Source of the DNA: an uncultured Chloroflexia bacterium
GTDB lineage: Bacteria; Chloroflexota; Limnocylindria; Limnocylindrales; CSP1-4
Assembly (NCBI GenBank): GCA_963764515.1
Contig: CAVXSS010000001.1
Span: forward strand, 194,677 to 258,676
Length of the DNA: 64,000 nt
Reading direction: 5' to 3'
In this document: one piece after another, positions 36,631 to 46,110 of the stretch
How positions within the stretch are numbered: the first letter of the stretch is position 1
Layout: the number at the start of each line of letters is the position of its first letter
Translations under genes and position numbers: made by a program
Notes under the pieces: model-generated
The model's input: only the letters and a program-made list of their open reading frames with translations
Databases searched by the model: none
What the model was told of the DNA's origin: nothing

Positions 36631-38304
36631 TCAGCGAGTCCCACGAAGTGCCAGGGGGTCGGCCGCACGGAGATGGCCGTCGGCCGGGGAGACCGTGAAC
36701 CCGGCGCGCTCGAGCACCCGCCTCGCGATGGCGGCGCGGGTCGTCCGGTCGAGGGGTTCCAGCGGGTCGCGCTCGGCCACGGTGATCTCCGCGACGTCGG
36801 CCGGGCTGCCGGCCAGGAGTGCACCGGCCAGACCGGAGTGCCGCCGGTCCGGCGCAACGCCGAGCGCCAGGAGGTCGCGGCGCCCGCCTGCGGCCGTCGG
36901 GGCCGCGACGGCCAGGCCGACCACCAGGCTGCCGACGACCGCGGCCGTGACGTGCGCTCCATCCTGGATGGCCGCGAGCAGCAGCGCGTGCCCCACGTCG
37001 GCATCCGCCGGCGAGACGACGCGGGGAGCGAGTCTGAGCCGCGCCCACGTCCCCGCATCGACGGCCGGGACGATCGACGGTGCGCCGACGCCCGGGCCCG
37101 GCGCCGGCATGGTCGTCGCCGGCGCCACGTCCGGATCCCACCATCCACGGCCGCGCGCCTCGCGGAGGAGCCGGGGCACGACCATCATCCTGACCAGCGC
37201 GGTCGTGATCCGCGAGCGCGCTTCGCCCGCCTCCTGGGCGCCATCGACCTCGACCCCGGCGTTCGGGACATCGGTGAAGGCCCCGGGTAGCGGCGCCTGC
37301 CCATAGCGCGCCCCCTCGCCGTTCCAGCGCTCGCGCCAATCCGCCGGCGTCGCTTCCGGCACCTCGCGGTGGGCGCCCGCGAGCCAGACCAGGCTCCACA
37401 TGCGCGGCACGACCCGGTAGGCGTCGTATCCGCCGCCGCCAGTCGCGAGCCACCGGCCGGACGCGTGGCGATGCGCGATCGCGTCGACCAACCTGGCCGC
37501 CTTGCCCATCGCGGTCGTCGTGACCCGCAGGTGCGCCAGCGGATCCCACGCGTGCGAATCGGCGCCGTGCTGGCTGACGATGACGTCCGGTCCGAACGTG
37601 GCGGCCAGCTCGGGGAGGAGGATTCCCACGGCCTCAAGCCAGGCACCCTCGCCGGTCATCGGTTCCATCGGGACGTTGACCGCGGTGCCGGCCGCGGTCC
37701 CCTCCCCGAGCTCATCGACGAAGCCACTCCCCGGAAACAGGTGACGGCCGGTCTCGTGGATCGAGAACGTCAGCACCCCTGGGTCATCCCAGAACATCGC
37801 CTGGACGCCGTCGCCGTGGTGGACGTCGAGGTCCACATACAGGACGCGCAACCCGTCGCGTCGGGCCCGGGCGATGGCCAGCGCCGGGTCGTCGTAGATG
37901 CAGAAACCCGAAGCGTGGTCCGGCATCGCGTGATGGAGGCCACCACCTGGATGGAACGCATGGGCGTCGTCGCCATGCAGGATCGCCTCCATCGCGCGGA
38001 TGGATCCGCCGGCCACCGCCGCTGCGGCGTCGTGCATGCCCCCGAACGGCGGGTTGTCGCCGAGCTCGCCGATGCCCGCCAGCGGACCTCCGTACGGCGC
38101 CTCGGAGAAGCGGCGCACGACCTCGATGTAGCGAGCGTCGTGACACCATCGCAGCTCATCGTCGGGCGCGGGCTCGGGCGCGAGGCCCGGCTCCGCCCCG
38201 ACCGCCCGCAGGAGGTCGATCGAGGGCGCGAACCGTCGCGGCGTGAGCGGATGGTCCGGCCCGAAGTCGTAGGTCGTCGAACGCGGGCCGAAGACGAGCA
38301 GCAT
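36631..38304 (-). CDS. Histone deacetylase-family protein (AcuC/acetoin-utilization-like) with a ~150-aa C-terminal GNAT-like extension
   Basis: HDAC core: HHGDGVQ, DLDVHHGDG, HPGGGLHHAMPDHASGFC. The C-terminal extension (PDRRHSGLAGALLA ... RRVLERAGFTVSP) resembles a GNAT acetyl-CoA-binding region. The ATG at 38304 (MLLVFGPRSTTYDFGPDHP) was chosen over the track start at 38325. Confidence 0.75.
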   Translation of the reverse strand: MLLVFGPRSTTYDFGPDHPLTPRRFAPSIDLLRAVGAEPGLAPEPAPDDELRWCHDARYIEVVRRFSEAPYGGPLAGIGELGDNPPFGGMHDAAAAVAGGSIRAMEAILHGDDAHAFHPGGGLHHAMPDHASGFCIYDDPALAIARARRDGLRVLYVDLDVHHGDGVQAMFWDDPGVLTFSIHETGRHLFPGSGFVDELGEGTAAGTAVNVPMEPMTGEGAWLEAVGILLPELAATFGPDVIVSQHGADSHAWDPLAHLRVTTTAMGKAARLVDAIAHRHASGRWLATGGGGYDAYRVVPRMWSLVWLAGAHREVPEATPADWRERWNGEGARYGQAPLPGAFTDVPNAGVEVDGAQEAGEARSRITTALVRMMVVPRLLREARGRGWWDPDVAPATTMPAPGPGVGAPSIVPAVDAGTWARLRLAPRVVSPADADVGHALLLAAIQDGAHVTAAVVGSLVVGLAVAAPTAAGGRRDLLALGVAPDRRHSGLAGALLAGSPADVAEITVAERDPLEPLDRTTRAAIARRVLERAGFTVSPADGHLRAADPLALRGTR

Positions 38305-38323
38305 GCGTGGCACGATACCGGTC

Positions 38324-38740
38324 ATGGACCGGGTCTACACCACGCCGCTCCTCGACAAGCTCGGGATCCGGCCTGGCATGCGGGTCGCCCTCGTCGACAT
38401 CGACGACGAATCGGTCCGTTCGCTGCTGGCCGAGCGGACGGCCGACCTCACGGAGGGCTGGCCCAAGCCCGACACCGACATCGTCCTGCTGGGCGCCGAA
38501 TCGATGGCGCAACTGGCGTCACTCCCCGAGCTGGCCGCCCTGATCCGGCCGAACGGCGCGATCTGGGTCGTCTCCCGAAAGGGCAAGGCCGCGACCCTCC
38601 GTGACGTCGAGGTCATCGCGGCGGCCAAGGCGTCGGGTCTCGTTGACAACAAGGTCGCCTCGTTCTCGCCCACGCACACGTCCCTGCGCCTCGTGATCCC
38701 GGTGGCGCTTCGCGGAGTACCATCCACGCATGGGTCCTGA
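38324..38740 (+). CDS. DUF3052 family protein
   Basis: MDRVYTTPLLDKLGIRPGMRVALVD matches the DUF3052 N-terminus. Confidence 0.6.
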   Translation: MDRVYTTPLLDKLGIRPGMRVALVDIDDESVRSLLAERTADLTEGWPKPDTDIVLLGAESMAQLASLPELAALIRPNGAIWVVSRKGKAATLRDVEVIAAAKASGLVDNKVASFSPTHTSLRLVIPVALRGVPSTHGS

Positions 38741-38945
38741 CCTCCTGATCGTCCTCCTCGTCATCCTCGTGCTCGCCGTCATGTGGCGCGGCCCCAAGAC
38801 CCTCCCGAAGCTCGGCGAGGCGCTCGGACGAGGCGTCAAGGAAGCGAAGAGCGAGGCGACGAAGGCCCAGGCCGAGATCAAGGCACGGGTCGATGGCGAG
38901 CCGGTCCCGCCGGCCGGGGGCACCCCGCCCGACCGACCGGCCTGA
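38730..38945 (+). CDS. tatA: Twin-arginine translocase subunit TatA/E
   Basis: 71 aa, with an N-terminal TM helix followed by the amphipathic GPKTLPKLGEALGRGVKEAK. It has the classic TatA layout. Confidence 0.8.
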   Translation: MGPDLLIVLLVILVLAVMWRGPKTLPKLGEALGRGVKEAKSEATKAQAEIKARVDGEPVPPAGGTPPDRPA

Positions 38946-38978
38946 CCGCAGCGGCTCCACACCAGACCCGGTGAGCGC

Positions 38979-39581
38979 GTGATCCCCGACGAGATCGCCG
39001 CCCTCACCGTCCGTCCCGGACCGGGCTCGCATCGAACGATGCTCACGATCGATGGCCGACCGATCGAGACCCTCGCGGATCTTCCGCCCATGAGGAACAA
39101 GCTCCTCTTCGTCGGCCTGAACCCGTCGCCGGTCAGCGTCACGGCGGGCCACTACCACCAGGGCCGGCTCGGGCGCACGTTCTGGCGCCGGCTGATGCTG
39201 GCCCGCATCCTGCCGCCCGGCACGCCGATCGAGGCCGCCGACGACGTCCTGGCTGCGGCCGGTCACGGCATCACGGACCTGCTCAAGCGCCCGACAGCTC
39301 GCGACGAGGCCACCGATGCGGACCTGACGACCGGCGTCGGACCGCTCTGGCGGAAGATCGCCATCTGGCGGCCGGCCGCGGTGGTGTACATCTACAAGCG
39401 CGCGGCGGCGATCTCGGCCGGTCGCCCTCTCACGGAGCACTGGGGACAGCTGCCCGGCGTGGCCATGGCCGGCAGGCCGTGCTTCCTCATGCCCGGCCCG
39501 TATGCGCCGACAAAGGAGGTCGACGAAGGGCTCAACTTCCTGCGCAACCTCTCGGCGGCACTGCCGATGGACGAGAGCTAG
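38979..39581 (+). CDS. mug: G/U mismatch-specific DNA glycosylase (UDG family 2, Mug/TDG-like)
   Basis: LLFVGLNPSPVS ... GHGITDLLKRPT blocks parallel the Mug GINPGL ... motifs. 200 aa. Confidence 0.6.
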   Translation: MIPDEIAALTVRPGPGSHRTMLTIDGRPIETLADLPPMRNKLLFVGLNPSPVSVTAGHYHQGRLGRTFWRRLMLARILPPGTPIEAADDVLAAAGHGITDLLKRPTARDEATDADLTTGVGPLWRKIAIWRPAAVVYIYKRAAAISAGRPLTEHWGQLPGVAMAGRPCFLMPGPYAPTKEVDEGLNFLRNLSAALPMDES

Positions 39582-40555
39582 CTGCCGGCGCGCTCCGGGA
39601 AAGCCTCGCCGGACGGAAGGCGGCGCGCGAAGGCGGCCAGCAACACGAGGGAGCCGACCGCCGCGAGGATCGACGTCGCGAGCCCGATCCACGTGAGGAT
39701 CGAGACGTCCGCGCTTGGTGTGACCATGAGATAGGCCAAGTTCGATACGGACGAGCTGATCGTTGACGCCGCGACGATCGACCATGCCCCAGTCGTCGCG
39801 AGCCGCCAGGCGCCGGCGGGTCGCTCGCCGGCAGCCGCGCCGGCAGAGACGACGATCGCGAGATAGCCGACCGATGCGAGCGTCAGCCAGCTCGCGGCGA
39901 GCAGGACCGCGTTGTACCAGAGGTTGACGTCCGGCTGCTCGGAGCCGTAGCGGGCCAGCGCGAGCAGCCCGACCGCGACCGTCCAGGCCACCAGCAACAC
40001 GAGCACGACGACGGTCGCCCGACCACGGCGCGGCGAACCTCCGCGGTCGGAGCGGAGGCGTGCGACTCGGAGGCCCCGGGCCACCCAGATGAACCCCGTG
40101 GCCAGCAGGGCCGCCACGAGCAGGCTGTACGCCGTCATGGCGGCGCCGGACGGATCGTCGAAGAGCCCACGGATCCACATCCCGGCCGTCTGCATCGTTT
40201 GGCCGGCCGCCAGGAGCCCGACGCCAATGGCGACCGAGCGCAGGGTCGACCAGGCCGACGGTCGGCAGGCGAAGACGGCTGCCCCGAACAGCACGTTGGC
40301 GACAGGCGGGACGAGGCCGGAGATCGTTGCAACGATGGTCCGAACGAAGATGCCGCTGTCGAGCGCAGGATCGGGCGGGTAGACGAGGCGACGGTCGGCC
40401 GCGAGGGCGACGCCGTTGGCGACAGCCAGGATGACAAACGCCCACGAGACCGCAGGCAGCCTCCCTGGGAGGCTGGTCAGCCGGTCCGGCAGGTGCGGGC
40501 CGCGAGCTTCCGCCCACGGCGTGCCGTCGATCGTTCGGCCGACGGGCTCGTTCAT
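39578..40555 (-). CDS. Hypothetical polytopic membrane protein
   Basis: Only the 325-aa C-terminal part of the 713-aa track ORF is protein-like, with ~8 TM segments. ATG at 40555. Confidence 0.5.
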   Translation of the reverse strand: MNEPVGRTIDGTPWAEARGPHLPDRLTSLPGRLPAVSWAFVILAVANGVALAADRRLVYPPDPALDSGIFVRTIVATISGLVPPVANVLFGAAVFACRPSAWSTLRSVAIGVGLLAAGQTMQTAGMWIRGLFDDPSGAAMTAYSLLVAALLATGFIWVARGLRVARLRSDRGGSPRRGRATVVVLVLLVAWTVAVGLLALARYGSEQPDVNLWYNAVLLAASWLTLASVGYLAIVVSAGAAAGERPAGAWRLATTGAWSIVAASTISSSVSNLAYLMVTPSADVSILTWIGLATSILAAVGSLVLLAAFARRLPSGEAFPERAGS

Positions 40556-40678
40556 CGCCGCATCCTGGGCCACCGTCGACGGGACGTCAACGACACCCGC
40601 GAGGTCGATCGCCCGTATCACTGTGATATCATTTCGATCGCGCGGATTCAGATCGCGCAGAAGGAGTATCGGCCACCC

Positions 40679-41581
40679 ATGAACAAGGAGCGCCAAGCCC
40701 GCACCCTCCCCGGCATCCCCACCTTCCTCGTCCTCCTGGCCGCGCTGATCGCGCTGGTCGTCGCGGCGATCTGGTACGTCGCGGCGGTCCTGGTGCCGGC
40801 GGGCAATTCCGTCGACTTCCTCACCATCGCGCCATTGCTGCTGATCGTCCTGGCGATCACCGCGGTCTGCATCGGGTTCGGTGGCCTCACCGCGGTGAAC
40901 CCGAACGAGGCCCGCGCGCTGGTGCTGTTCGGCCACTACGGCGGCACCATCCACACCCAGGGCCTCCAGTGGGTGAACCCGTTCACGATGCGCCGCAGGA
41001 TCTCCGTCCGCGTGCGCAACTTCGAGACCTCCAAGCTCAAGGTGAACGACCACGACGGCAACCCGATCGAGATCGCCGCGGTCGTCGTCTGGAAGGTGAC
41101 CGACACCGCCGAGGCGCTGTTCGAGGTCGACGACTACGAGAACTTCGTCCACGTGCAGGCCGAGTCGGCACTGCGGAACCTCGCCACGACGCACCCGTAC
41201 GACGCCCACCAGGAGGGCGATGTCGCCCTGCGCTCGAACCCGGCCGAGATCGCGGACCAGCTCCGGACCGAGATCCAGGATCGGCTCCAGAAGGCCGGCG
41301 TCGAGGTCATCGAGGCGCGCATCAGCCACCTCGCCTATGCACCTGAGATCGCCAACGCGATGCTCCGCAGGCAGCAGGCCAACGCGGTCATCGCCGCACG
41401 CACGCGGATCGTCGAGGGCGCGGTCGGGATGGTCGAGATGGCACTGGATCAGCTGTCCGCCAAGAACGTCGTGAACCTCGACGAGGAGCGCAAGGCACAG
41501 ATGGTCAGCAACCTGCTCGTCGTCCTGTGCTCGGAGCACGAGACGCAGCCGGTCGTCAACACCGGGACGCTGTACGCGTAG
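40679..41581 (+). CDS. SPFH/Band-7 (stomatin/prohibitin-like) domain protein
   Basis: N-terminal TM anchor followed by an SPFH domain ([22 protein letters not shown]). An AAGGAG RBS lies upstream of the ATG. Confidence 0.8.
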   Translation: MNKERQARTLPGIPTFLVLLAALIALVVAAIWYVAAVLVPAGNSVDFLTIAPLLLIVLAITAVCIGFGGLTAVNPNEARALVLFGHYGGTIHTQGLQWVNPFTMRRRISVRVRNFETSKLKVNDHDGNPIEIAAVVVWKVTDTAEALFEVDDYENFVHVQAESALRNLATTHPYDAHQEGDVALRSNPAEIADQLRTEIQDRLQKAGVEVIEARISHLAYAPEIANAMLRRQQANAVIAARTRIVEGAVGMVEMALDQLSAKNVVNLDEERKAQMVSNLLVVLCSEHETQPVVNTGTLYA

Positions 41582-41627
41582 CGCCGGACCGACCGCAGGC
41601 CGGCCCGTCGAGCCAGGTCCCACGACC

Positions 41628-41813
41628 ATGACCGAGCGGAAGCCGTTCCTCCTCCGCCTCGACCCCGAGACGTTCGCGGCCCTCCAGCGGTGGGCCGCGG
41701 ACGACCTCCGCTCGGTCAACGGGCAGGTCGAGTTCCTCCTCCGGCGGGCACTCCGCGATGCCGGCCGCGTGCGCGAGCCGAAGGACCGCCCGACGAGGGA
41801 CCCCGCTCCGTAG
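41628..41813 (+). CDS. Arc/MetJ-type ribbon-helix-helix DNA-binding protein
   Basis: [37 protein letters not shown] follows the RHH pattern of Arc-family proteins. Confidence 0.5.
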   Translation: MTERKPFLLRLDPETFAALQRWAADDLRSVNGQVEFLLRRALRDAGRVREPKDRPTRDPAP

Positions 41814-41833
41814 CCGTCGGTTGCGCGCCTCCC

Positions 41834-42544
41834 TCAGCCCTGCCGATCCCAAAGCCACTCACGGAGGCTCAGCCCGCTGTCGTGGACGGTCGCGGCGGCC
41901 TCGCGGCCGATGTACCGAACGTGCCACGGCTCCGCCTTGTAGCACGTGACCTGCGGGCTCCAAGCGGGCGGATAGCTCACGACGAAGCCGTACCGCCAAC
42001 CCTGGTCCGCGAGCCAGTGATCCCCACCATCGATGTCGAGCGCGGTCCCGAGCTGATGCTCGGAATGGCCCGGCCGGGCCGCCGAGGTCAGCGCGTAGTC
42101 GCTCCCGTACGCCCGTTCGAGGCTGCCGAACGTCGCGACCTGCGCATCGAAGCTGCGATAGGCCGACCTGACCACCAGCGTGACACGATCCGCGCGAGCG
42201 GCACGATCCATCGCCCGCAGGTCGTCCACGACCACCCGGCGCACCGTCCCGCGTCCGGCGATGCCGGCCGTGCCGACCGAGACGAGGTCCGTCGGCGCAT
42301 CGGCCTCGGCCAGCGTGAACGCCGGGTCGAGGAACGTGCGGCGCCAGTCCCCGGCTCCTCGATGCGGCGTCAGGATCTCGGCGCGGCCGCACGCCGGCAG
42401 CGGCCCGTCGAGCCGGGGCCCGGACCGGCTCAAGACGCCGCCCGGCCCGGCCAGCATCCAGGCCCCGGCCGCGATCGCCAGCAACAGGGCGATGGCGACC
42501 AGCGGTCGGCGGCGAAGGACTGGTGTCCCCCCAGTCGAGTCCAT
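41834..42544 (-). CDS. D-alanyl-D-alanine carboxypeptidase, VanY/M15B family
   Basis: SAYRSF...GHSEHQLGTALDI...WHVRY zinc-binding blocks typical of VanY, with a signal/TM N-terminus. Confidence 0.75.
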   Translation of the reverse strand: MDSTGGTPVLRRRPLVAIALLLAIAAGAWMLAGPGGVLSRSGPRLDGPLPACGRAEILTPHRGAGDWRRTFLDPAFTLAEADAPTDLVSVGTAGIAGRGTVRRVVVDDLRAMDRAARADRVTLVVRSAYRSFDAQVATFGSLERAYGSDYALTSAARPGHSEHQLGTALDIDGGDHWLADQGWRYGFVVSYPPAWSPQVTCYKAEPWHVRYIGREAAATVHDSGLSLREWLWDRQG

Positions 42545-42551
42545 GCGACGC

Positions 42552-44855
42552 CTACTCGATCCTGACCGCGTCCGGGCGGGTCAGGCGCTCGAGGGGCGGC
42601 AGCATCAGCGCGACGACGGCCATCGCTCCCGCGAGGCTGACCGCCAGCGTCAGGGCCAGGGCCCCGTTCGGCCACGGGACTGTCTCGGCGCCGGCCAGAC
42701 GAAGGACTAGTTGCGCGACCACGATGCCCAACCCGGCGCTGACGACGGCGACCGCGGCCAACGGCGCGCCGGCCTGCAGCAGCACCAGGGCCCGGAGACG
42801 GGATACCGGCATCCCGGCACTCCGCAGGAGCGCGAATTGCCGGCGACGCTCGAGGACCCCGGTGGTGACCGCGACGGCCAGGCTGCAGCCCGCCAGGACG
42901 AGCGAACCGATCAGCCCCAGCGCGACGACGCGCCCGAACTCCTGGTAGACGTGCGAGGTCTCGCGGTCCTCTGCGGCGAGACGAACGAACGCCGTCGGGA
43001 CGGTCGCCATGACCGCCGTCCGAACCTGCTCGCCCGTCGCCGCGGAGCCATCCGTGTCCACGTAGAACGTGGTCGGTGACGGCGCCCGACCGCTCGCCGC
43101 CATGGCGCCCGGCTCGATGATGACCTGGGGGAGCCGGGCTCGGGCAGCGCGGGCCACGATGTCGGTGGTGACCGTGCTGAGGCCGGGTTCGAACGTCGCG
43201 ATATCGGACGCGCTGACCGCGACGGGGATCGGCAGTCGCTCGCCACGGTCCGGGATGAGGTCATAGGACCCGGCGGCGAGCGAGGTCGATCCATCGAGCA
43301 CGTGGATCGGGGCGGTGCCGCACTGTCCGGACGGCAGGTCGAACTGGCGCATCAGGTCCGCGCACGAGACGACCCATGTGGTCACCGGCTGGCCATCCAC
43401 GAAGAGCTCGCCCCAGGCGATCGGCAGGACGCCGCGGACGCCCGGGACCGCCCCGATCTCCGATGGGACTTGCGCGAACGGCGGACCCTCGTTCAGCGGC
43501 ATCTCGATGTAGACCTGGTTCGGTCGCAGCACCCCGGCGCGATCGAAGCTCTGGTCGTCCGCGTAGCTTACGAACGTGTAGAACGCGCTTGCGACGAAGA
43601 CGGCCATGATCACGCCGGTGATGGCGCCGAACGACCCGCGCGGATCGTCGGTCAGCCGTCGAGACGCCAGCAGCGTCGACGCTCCGAATGGAAGTCGATG
43701 CAGGACCCGTCCCACGAGCACCGTCAACCACGGTCCGGCGAGGACGATCCCGACGATGACGCCGCCGAAGCCAGCGCCGATGAGCGCGAGACTCTTGATG
43801 TCGCTCGAGGCCTCACGGCCGAGGATGGCCATCGCGCCGACGAAGCCGGCCATCGAGACGGCGAGTGGCAGCGCCCGGAGCATGCTGGGCGATGGCGGCG
43901 TCTGCCGCCGCTGGACGCCGAGCGGGGTGACGATGACCCGTCGGAGGGCCAGCATCGCCGCCGCCGCGCCGACGACCGGGATGGCCAGCAGCATGAGCAC
44001 CGCCGGGACGATCGGTGGCGCGATCGAATTGGGGAACCATGTCGCATCGTCGAGCGGGATCATCGCGACCAGGGGACGAGCGAGGAGGAAGAGCGCGATC
44101 CCGGCGAAGGCCCCGATCGTGGTGATGAACACCGCCTCGACGAGGGCGAGCCGGCTCACCTGGACCGAGGTTGCACCGATGAGCCGGAGCGCCGCAAGGC
44201 GCTGCTCGCGCCGAGCGGCCGAGAGCCGCGTGGCGGTCGAGACGAAGACTGCGACCGGCACAAGGGCGCCGACGATCGCGAGGGCGATCATCAGGACCGC
44301 GATCGGCGGGATGTCGCGGTCCGGTAGTCGCGAAGCGAAGGCCTTGACGGGCGAGGCCCCGAGCGCCGTGATGTCGGCCGGGGTCATGCCGATGACCGCG
44401 ACAAGCTCCTGCGGCGAACGCAACCCGGCATCCCCGATCGTGCCGACGACGGTCCCGACGCGGTCGCCCAACTGGTCGGCCGGGACCGCGGCGATCCGTG
44501 CCGCCAGCGCCGGGGAGACCACCGCCTGACCCGGGCCGGGCCAGCGATCGACGCCGGGCGGCAGTGGCGCGTCGCCGACGAGCGCCGCCACCATCACCCG
44601 AACCAGGGGCTGGCCCTGGTACGAATCGAGGGCCGTCGTCATCAGGAGGGCCGCGTCGTCGGTGGTGTGACTGTCCGAGATCACGATGCTGGACCGCCAG
44701 GCACTGCGTTCCGCTCGATCCTGGACGGCGGGCAGGAACGAGAGCGCGAACAGCAGGATCGCCGTCCCGATCGCGACGGCGAGTGCCGTGAGCGCAAGCC
44801 CGACGATGGCGCCACGACCGCCGGCCAGTGCCAGGCGCAGACCGAGGCGTGTCAT
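42552..44855 (-). CDS. ABC transporter permease, MacB/FtsX-like with duplicated FtsX domains
   Basis: 767 aa with two four-TM FtsX modules separated by a large extracytoplasmic domain. ATGA overlap with the ATPase gene. Confidence 0.8.
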   Translation of the reverse strand: MTRLGLRLALAGGRGAIVGLALTALAVAIGTAILLFALSFLPAVQDRAERSAWRSSIVISDSHTTDDAALLMTTALDSYQGQPLVRVMVAALVGDAPLPPGVDRWPGPGQAVVSPALAARIAAVPADQLGDRVGTVVGTIGDAGLRSPQELVAVIGMTPADITALGASPVKAFASRLPDRDIPPIAVLMIALAIVGALVPVAVFVSTATRLSAARREQRLAALRLIGATSVQVSRLALVEAVFITTIGAFAGIALFLLARPLVAMIPLDDATWFPNSIAPPIVPAVLMLLAIPVVGAAAAMLALRRVIVTPLGVQRRQTPPSPSMLRALPLAVSMAGFVGAMAILGREASSDIKSLALIGAGFGGVIVGIVLAGPWLTVLVGRVLHRLPFGASTLLASRRLTDDPRGSFGAITGVIMAVFVASAFYTFVSYADDQSFDRAGVLRPNQVYIEMPLNEGPPFAQVPSEIGAVPGVRGVLPIAWGELFVDGQPVTTWVVSCADLMRQFDLPSGQCGTAPIHVLDGSTSLAAGSYDLIPDRGERLPIPVAVSASDIATFEPGLSTVTTDIVARAARARLPQVIIEPGAMAASGRAPSPTTFYVDTDGSAATGEQVRTAVMATVPTAFVRLAAEDRETSHVYQEFGRVVALGLIGSLVLAGCSLAVAVTTGVLERRRQFALLRSAGMPVSRLRALVLLQAGAPLAAVAVVSAGLGIVVAQLVLRLAGAETVPWPNGALALTLAVSLAGAMAVVALMLPPLERLTRPDAVRIE

Positions 44856-45571
44856 CCGAGGTCCGACCCGCTCACGCGTCCGTCACGGACGATGACCTCC
44901 CGGTGCGCGTAGGCCGCCACGCGAGCTTCATGCGTGACGAGGACAACGGCCGCACCGCCCGCGACCGCCGCGCTCGTCAGGAGCTCCATGACGCGCTCTC
45001 CGGCCAGGCTGTCGAGCGAGCCGGTCGGCTCGTCGGCGAAGACGACCGCCGGTTCGATGACCAGGGCACGGGCGACCGCGACACGCTGGGCCTGGCCGCC
45101 CGACATCTCGCCGGCGCGCCGGCGCTCGAGGCCGTCGAGCCCGAGTCGAGGGAACCACTCGGCGGCGATCTGCTCGGCGTCCGCGCGACCGACGCCGTTG
45201 AGGAGCAACGGCAGCGAGACGTTCTCGATCGCCTCGAGCTCGGGGACCAGCTGACCGAACTGGAACACGAAGCCGAACGACGTCCGACGCAGCCGACTGC
45301 GTTCGGCGTCCCCCATCGTCGCGACGGCCCGGCCCTGGAACTCGACCACGCCGCGATCAGGGAGGGCGATGCCCGCGAGGCAGTGGAGCAGCGTCGACTT
45401 GCCCGAGCCGCTCGGACCCATGATCGCGACGATCTCTCCGGGCAAGAGTTCGAAGTCGAGGCCGCGCAGGGCCTCGGTCGGTCCGAAACGCTTGTGGAGG
45501 TCCGTGCCCAACAGCAGCGCCGCATCAGGCCGCGACCGGGGTTCGAGGATCGAGATCGGCGAGGCGATCAT
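44852..45571 (-). CDS. ABC transporter ATP-binding protein
   Basis: Walker A GPSGSGKST, signature LSGGQAQRVAVARAL, Walker B VVFADEPTGSLD. Confidence 0.9.
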   Translation of the reverse strand: MIASPISILEPRSRPDAALLLGTDLHKRFGPTEALRGLDFELLPGEIVAIMGPSGSGKSTLLHCLAGIALPDRGVVEFQGRAVATMGDAERSRLRRTSFGFVFQFGQLVPELEAIENVSLPLLLNGVGRADAEQIAAEWFPRLGLDGLERRRAGEMSGGQAQRVAVARALVIEPAVVFADEPTGSLDSLAGERVMELLTSAAVAGGAAVVLVTHEARVAAYAHREVIVRDGRVSGSDLG

Positions 45572-46107
45572 GGGACCTCCGGCGATTCGAGCAGGGTGTG
45601 TCGGAGCTCGTCGATTCGGGCGGCCGTCAGGTCCAGCCAGCGCAGGTCGGCCTCGAGATGGAAGAGGGCGTAGTCGGCGAGGAGCGCGAGCGGCATCGTC
45701 GCGTTGCGGCGGATCCTCGTGAGTTCGCGCATCCGCTCCAGGTGCGCGTGCCGCTCGGCGTCCACGAGCGGCTCCACGGGCCGGCCGGAGAGGATCGCGA
45801 GCACGACCTTCGTGAACAGGGACGCCTGGAGGTGCGGCTCGGCGTCGAGGGGGGCTTCCAGCCAGCGCTCGAGTTCACGGGTCCCCTCGTCCGTGATCGC
45901 GTAGCGGCGGCGGTCCGGCCCCTCGGCGCGTTCGATGGCCTCGAGCCGGACACGACCCCGTTGCTCCAACCGACCGAGCGTCGAGTACACCTGCGCGAAC
46001 GCGACCGGATGGTCCGGCGCGAAGTACCGGTCGAACAGCCGTTTCAGGTCGTAACCGTGCCGCGGCTGTTGTTCCAGGAGGCCCAGCAGGGCGTAGGGGA
46101 CGCTCAT
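45568..46107 (-). CDS. PadR family transcriptional regulator
   Basis: MSVPYALLGLLEQQPRHGYDL...VYSTLGRLEQRG winged-helix blocks. It is the first gene of the padR-ABC operon. Confidence 0.85.
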   Translation of the reverse strand: MSVPYALLGLLEQQPRHGYDLKRLFDRYFAPDHPVAFAQVYSTLGRLEQRGRVRLEAIERAEGPDRRRYAITDEGTRELERWLEAPLDAEPHLQASLFTKVVLAILSGRPVEPLVDAERHAHLERMRELTRIRRNATMPLALLADYALFHLEADLRWLDLTAARIDELRHTLLESPEVP

Positions 46108-46110
46108 CGG

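Noticed and set aside
35771-37549. 592-aa minus ORF overlapping the DoxX and HDAC loci
   Set aside because: Low-complexity translation. Both sense genes are well supported.
38305-38325. HDAC-like gene start at 38325
   Set aside because: It would overlap the divergent DUF3052 gene. The internal ATG at 38304 (MLLVFGPRSTTYDFGPDHP) matches AcuC/HDAC N-termini better.
38613-40517. 634-aa minus ORF across tatA/mug
   Set aside because: Out-of-frame artefact. Only the 39578..40555 portion (different frame, membrane protein) is protein-like.
42711-44327. Plus-strand ORFs inside the ABC permease gene
   Set aside because: Antisense artefacts.
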